Positions 59,770 to 64,000 of a DNA stretch of 64,000 nt are shown here, one piece after another. The notes below the pieces were generated by a model. It had not been told where the DNA came from, searched no databases, and saw only the letters and a program-made list of their open reading frames with translations. Position numbers and translations under genes: made by a program. Origin of the DNA: an uncultured archaeon. Lineage in GTDB: Archaea > Asgardarchaeota > Lokiarchaeia > Sigyniarchaeales > SOKP01. Location: positions 44,383-108,382 of the forward strand of contig CAZBPC010000001.1 of NCBI GenBank assembly GCA_964493715.1. The letters run 5' to 3'. Position 1 is the stretch's first letter. Each line of letters opens with the position of its first letter.

Positions 59770-60663
59770 TTATATTTGTTTAATATAATCCAAAAGATAA
59801 TTTGAAAGAATTTTTTCAGCATTTTTTATTCCTTGAAAACCTGGAAAGTCATTTAAATCAATAAGATAATATCTATCTTTGTCTATGGGTTTAATTAGAT
59901 CAAATCCAAATATTTTTAGGTCAAGCTCTTTTGATAAAATATCTGCGAGCACCCTCATTTCTTCTGAAACTTTAAATTCTTCCCTATCAATAGCATCAAC
60001 ATCAATACTAGTGGGTTTCTCTCTCATATAAAGATATATAGGATTTTCTCGTTTAATCCCAAATACTTTATCACCAATTACATATACTTTCCTGTCTATA
60101 GCATCACATTCAATAAATTTTTGAATATAGACGTCATAATAGATTAAATGATTATATCGTTTATGAAAATCATCAAAATCCTCCGGCTTTTTTGCTAAGA
60201 AATTAAAGCGATTATATTTGTCATGTTGGGAATGACTTTTAATTACAATAGGAACTTTAGTAGAGCCCCATTTTTTAAATCGATCTAATTTTTTTGCACT
60301 TTGATTCCAAGATTGAACTAATGAAAATCCCTTTAATTTGGATTTATATTGGGAAAATATTCTCCTTAAAGCATAGTCAAGAGCTATTTTATTCTTACAT
60401 GTTGATACAGTTTGAATGTCATGCAAACATTTTATACCATTTATTCTTGCAAAATGAAGTAAATCCACTGAACAATCATTTCTGACTTTTACTATGAACA
60501 AATCGGCTTCTTTATATGCTTTAGGCATTCTCGAAAGATTAAAAAATTGTTTTGTTGGGTCGTGAAAGGTAAAATCCACTTCTTTCTTGGTTTTCAATAT
60601 GTCTATAACCTGTTTAATTACTTCATGGTTTTGCCTTGCGGAAAATACTACCTTTTTATTCAT
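59770..60663 (-). CDS. ATP-grasp kinase, ITPK1 (inositol-trisphosphate 5/6-kinase)-like
   Basis: YIQKFI....DRKVYVIG, LDLKIFGFDLI, YLIDLNDFPGF. Confidence 0.75.
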   Translation of the reverse strand: MNKKVVFSARQNHEVIKQVIDILKTKKEVDFTFHDPTKQFFNLSRMPKAYKEADLFIVKVRNDCSVDLLHFARINGIKCLHDIQTVSTCKNKIALDYALRRIFSQYKSKLKGFSLVQSWNQSAKKLDRFKKWGSTKVPIVIKSHSQHDKYNRFNFLAKKPEDFDDFHKRYNHLIYYDVYIQKFIECDAIDRKVYVIGDKVFGIKRENPIYLYMREKPTSIDVDAIDREEFKVSEEMRVLADILSKELDLKIFGFDLIKPIDKDRYYLIDLNDFPGFQGIKNAEKILSNYLLDYIKQI

Positions 60664-60777
60664 TTTAATTACTCATTTAATTCAAATGAATCAATCTTAA
60701 TGAAAATAAATTAATACTGATTAATTATTAATTTAATTTAATCATTTTTTGTTTTTAACAATAATTAGGAAATTAAA

Positions 60778-62109
60778 ATGAAAATAAGAAAAAAAAGAGA
60801 AAAAAAAGAAAAAACATTTAGCGGGTTTCTGTTAAGACAAGTGCTCTTAATTGGAATGCTTTTTATGGGAGATTATCTATTCTTCTTTTTTGAACAAAAT
60901 TATTTTAATACATACCTAGATCATGTTCTTTACCTCCAGCCACTATATATATCGATTATGGTTTCATTATCTGCCACTGTTGGTGCTATTAGTATGCCAC
61001 TATGGGGGATTATAAGTGATAATTCACGCACAAAATTCGGGCGACGTAGACCTTTTTTACTATTTGGGATAATAGCTGGTATTGGCATGATTTTATACAG
61101 CTTTGCATATCCTTTATTTGGGAAAACGGAAACAGCTTTTATGTGGTGCCTAATCATAGATGTTGTAGTTATTGGAATTTCTTCTAACGCCTATCTAGTT
61201 GCGGAGAGGGCTTTAATCCCCGACACAATTGAGGTTGAAAAAAGAGGTAGAGCAAATGGATTAATTAATTCTATAAGTTACATTGGTTTATTGATTGGAG
61301 TTGCATTTTTATTGCTGGGGAATGAATTATTTGGAATTCCAGATCCTCGAGATACTGTTCCTCCAATTGGTACAATTATTACACAAGATGGACATTTCAT
61401 TCTTCTCTCATTTGGAGGAAGTGTTTTTTTTATTGTTTCTATTGTTGGATTTTTCTTCATTAAGGAAAAACACGTTACAGATCTTCCTGTAAAAAAGAAA
61501 TTTTTCTCGGAATTGAAGGATATATTTAACATAAATGAAGTGAGAAAAGTAAAGGAATTTTACAAGATCCTCATAGCATTCGTTGTATTTCAATCCGGTA
61601 TATCCTCAGTAATGCCATATCTTTTTATCTTTATTTTTGCTCAAGGGCTTAGTACAATGGAATTGCTACTAGGAATAGCTATAGCATTTCCAATCGTTTT
61701 CATTGCAACAATATACTTAGGTAAAATTGCAGATAAACATGGAAGAAAGAAGTATGTACCTTTATCCTTAATAATTGTCAGTATTGGATTCTTTATAATG
61801 CCATTTGCGGGAATACTTGCCAGCAAGATCTTATTCATGATTTGCCTACCATTTGTTTTAGTTGGAGTATTAGCAATAGTTACACCTCTTAATGCATGGG
61901 CTCAAGATTTACTTCCCGAAGAAAAACGTGGAAAATTTACAGGTATCTTTAACATTGTTAACACACTTTCTCAAATCATCGGTTCGTTTGCAGGGGGGCT
62001 CATCTTTATGATATTTGGTCTTTCTTGGATATTCATCGCTGCACCAGTATTTTTCTTCCTTTCAATTCCGTTATTCTTAAAGGTAAAAGAAACAGTTAAA
62101 AAAGAATAA
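60778..62109 (+). CDS. MFS sugar-type transporter
   Basis: WGIISDNSRTKFGRRRPF, GKIADKHGRK; 12 TM. Confidence 0.9.
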   Translation: MKIRKKREKKEKTFSGFLLRQVLLIGMLFMGDYLFFFFEQNYFNTYLDHVLYLQPLYISIMVSLSATVGAISMPLWGIISDNSRTKFGRRRPFLLFGIIAGIGMILYSFAYPLFGKTETAFMWCLIIDVVVIGISSNAYLVAERALIPDTIEVEKRGRANGLINSISYIGLLIGVAFLLLGNELFGIPDPRDTVPPIGTIITQDGHFILLSFGGSVFFIVSIVGFFFIKEKHVTDLPVKKKFFSELKDIFNINEVRKVKEFYKILIAFVVFQSGISSVMPYLFIFIFAQGLSTMELLLGIAIAFPIVFIATIYLGKIADKHGRKKYVPLSLIIVSIGFFIMPFAGILASKILFMICLPFVLVGVLAIVTPLNAWAQDLLPEEKRGKFTGIFNIVNTLSQIIGSFAGGLIFMIFGLSWIFIAAPVFFFLSIPLFLKVKETVKKE

Positions 62110-62266
62110 AATCATTTTTTTATTTTTATTTTTGTATCTATTATCTGATGTAATCAATTGGTAAATTTAATAATATTAAAATTGTCATAATCCTAATAAG
62201 GAGGGATTTTTTCTATAGAATATTTCAATAGCATTTAAATATTATATTCTAATAGTTGAAAATAGT

Positions 62267-63358
62267 ATGGCGAATACAATCAAAACAGCTTTAATCGGTA
62301 TCGGTGATGTTGCAAGCGCTTTAGTACAAGGAATAGAAAATTACAAGAAAAATCCCGATAAAATCATAGGATTGTTACCTGAAATTAAACAGTATGTAGT
62401 GAGTGATATTGAATTTGTTTTAGGTATAGATGTAAACGCTAATAAAGTAGGGCATGATCTAAGTGAAGCAATATTTTGTGAACCAAATTGCAATCTTGAA
62501 TTTTATAAACCAAATTTTTTGAATGCACCTATAATTAAGGGCCCCGTTCTGGATGGGTTAAACAGCAATATAAAAAAAATAATTCCTTTAGATGATAATC
62601 AAGTGTTTTCAGATATCGTGCATGAATTAAAAGAAAGGAACGTAGACGTTGTAGTGATTCTCCTTCCAACAGGGTGTCACGAAGCTGTCAAATATTATGC
62701 TAACGCCGCTTTAGAAGCAAATGCTTGTATTATCAATGGCATGCCCTCTTATGTCGCTAAAGATCCACAGATAGTAGCCAAATCGGAAAAATTGAAACGT
62801 TCAATCATTGGAGATGATGTAAAATCTCAAATTGGAGCTACCATCATACACCGTTCATTAGCAAACCTTTTTCCCATGCGTGGAGCAATACTTGATAAAA
62901 CAATTCAATTAGATTGGGGTGGTTCTTCGGATTTCTGCAATTTACTTACTCCAAAACCAGATGGTCAATTAATATATGAAGAAGGAAAACGACAATCAAA
63001 AACTGAGTCAGTTATTTCTAGACTACCAAATAGAGATGAGATAGAATGTCAAATTTCAGCAGTAGATTACATTCCTTTTTTAAAGAATCAAAAGGAAGCA
63101 TATATGAGATTAGAAGGGAGAATTTTTGGAGGTGCTCCTGTCAGGATTGATATTACAATGTTTGTAGAGGATGGAAATAATTCGGCTGGAATAATTGCTG
63201 ACTGTATTAGAGTTTCAAAAATAGCGAAAGATCGACAAGTAGGTGGTGTTTTACAATCTGCTTGTTCCTTTTTTAACAAACATCCCCCAGAGCAATTAGA
63301 GGATCAGGAAGCTAAGAAAAGATTAATTGAATTTTTACAAGGTGAGAGAGAAAGATAA
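62267..63358 (+). CDS. ino1: myo-Inositol-1-phosphate synthase
   Basis: GIGDVASALVQG, GDDVKSQIGAT, SKT, VED..NSAG, FNKHPP. Confidence 0.88.
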   Translation: MANTIKTALIGIGDVASALVQGIENYKKNPDKIIGLLPEIKQYVVSDIEFVLGIDVNANKVGHDLSEAIFCEPNCNLEFYKPNFLNAPIIKGPVLDGLNSNIKKIIPLDDNQVFSDIVHELKERNVDVVVILLPTGCHEAVKYYANAALEANACIINGMPSYVAKDPQIVAKSEKLKRSIIGDDVKSQIGATIIHRSLANLFPMRGAILDKTIQLDWGGSSDFCNLLTPKPDGQLIYEEGKRQSKTESVISRLPNRDEIECQISAVDYIPFLKNQKEAYMRLEGRIFGGAPVRIDITMFVEDGNNSAGIIADCIRVSKIAKDRQVGGVLQSACSFFNKHPPEQLEDQEAKKRLIEFLQGERER

Positions 63359-63373
63359 CCTAATTCTCTTCTA

Positions 63374-64000
63374 TTATTGACTTTTAACTTTTATTGTTCC
63401 CTTAATAAACTGTTCTCTCAATGTAATTATATTGTAAATATGATCTGCTATCAAACTAACACTTTCAGGAATGCTTCGAAAACTGGGGAAATCATTAATA
63501 TCAACAATAAACGGACCATCCTTGGTATTTATAAAATCAACCCCATAAATTGTCATGCCTAATTTACGCCCAATTCTTATAAAATTCCTTTTCAAGTTTT
63601 CATCAATCGAAGTTCTTATATGCACGAGTTCTAATGGAGATAAATTATCATCCTGCTGCAATCGATTATGTGAGGTAATTGAAACTATCCATTGTCCTAT
63701 TACGTATGCTTTATTCACAATATCATAGGCTCCGAGATATTCTTGCAAAAACAATTCACTCTCATCATGATTATTTATCAAAGCTGCGAGATCTTCTTTA
63801 GTCTTAGCTATTCCTATAATTCGTTCATTTTTAGGTAAATTCGGAATATTATGAGCGTCTAATTTGATAATAATTGCGTTTCCATTTTTTAATGTATGAT
63901 TTGCTTTTTGGATTGTATTGTATGTCTTTGGAATGTTAACTTTCTTACAATTTTCTGCAATAAATTGAAATGTTGCATTCCTGCTTTCGCAAATTTTAAC
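63374..64000 (-). CDS. ATP-grasp kinase, ITPK1-like (5' end outside the window)
   Basis: Frame open to the window edge; FLQEYL....VNKAYVIG, LGMTIYGVDFI, IVDINDFPSF. Confidence 0.72.
   Translation of the reverse strand, partial: VKICESRNATFQFIAENCKKVNIPKTYNTIQKANHTLKNGNAIIIKLDAHNIPNLPKNERIIGIAKTKEDLAALINNHDESELFLQEYLGAYDIVNKAYVIGQWIVSITSHNRLQQDDNLSPLELVHIRTSIDENLKRNFIRIGRKLGMTIYGVDFINTKDGPFIVDINDFPSFRSIPESVSLIADHIYNIITLREQFIKGTIKVKSQ

Noticed and set aside
420-63562. Many short ORFs antisense to or nested in long genes (e.g. 6301-6750, 31217-31609, 58419-58838)
   Set aside because: They overlap well-supported genes and have no recognisable motifs; treated as shadow ORFs
1-64000. CRISPR arrays, transposases, rRNA genes
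   Set aside because: None seen by inspection

Overview
AT-rich archaeal chromosomal segment, very probably Lokiarchaeia (Asgard archaea). This rests on roadblock proteins, a Rab-like small GTPase with a longin/DENN-like N-terminus, an IPGY-type C-terminal sorting signal, an EF-2 paralog lacking the diphthamide loop, aCPSF1 and BHB-intron tRNAs. About 55 CDSs cover housekeeping (gatA, gatB, purN, pncA), trehalose metabolism and transport, acyl-CoA metabolism, Fe-S proteins and glycosyltransferases. There are two tRNAs: Gln-CUG with two BHB introns, and Gly-CCC. No mobile element or CRISPR array was seen. Highlights: (1) two ITPK1-like ATP-grasp kinases flanking an MFS transporter and an inositol-1-phosphate synthase, a candidate lipid-independent inositol polyphosphate locus; (2) a 791-aa protein joining Zn fingers, UFL1/DDRGK-like winged-helix repeats and an adaptin-ear/BBSome-like module; (3) a candidate C/D guide RNA predicted to target C34 of tRNA-Leu(CAA); (4) a tandem pair of head-rod-tail coiled-coil proteins, one apparently starting at ATT; (5) an unannotated 57-aa Cys-rich protein. 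All family calls are by-eye motif recognition; no database searches were run.
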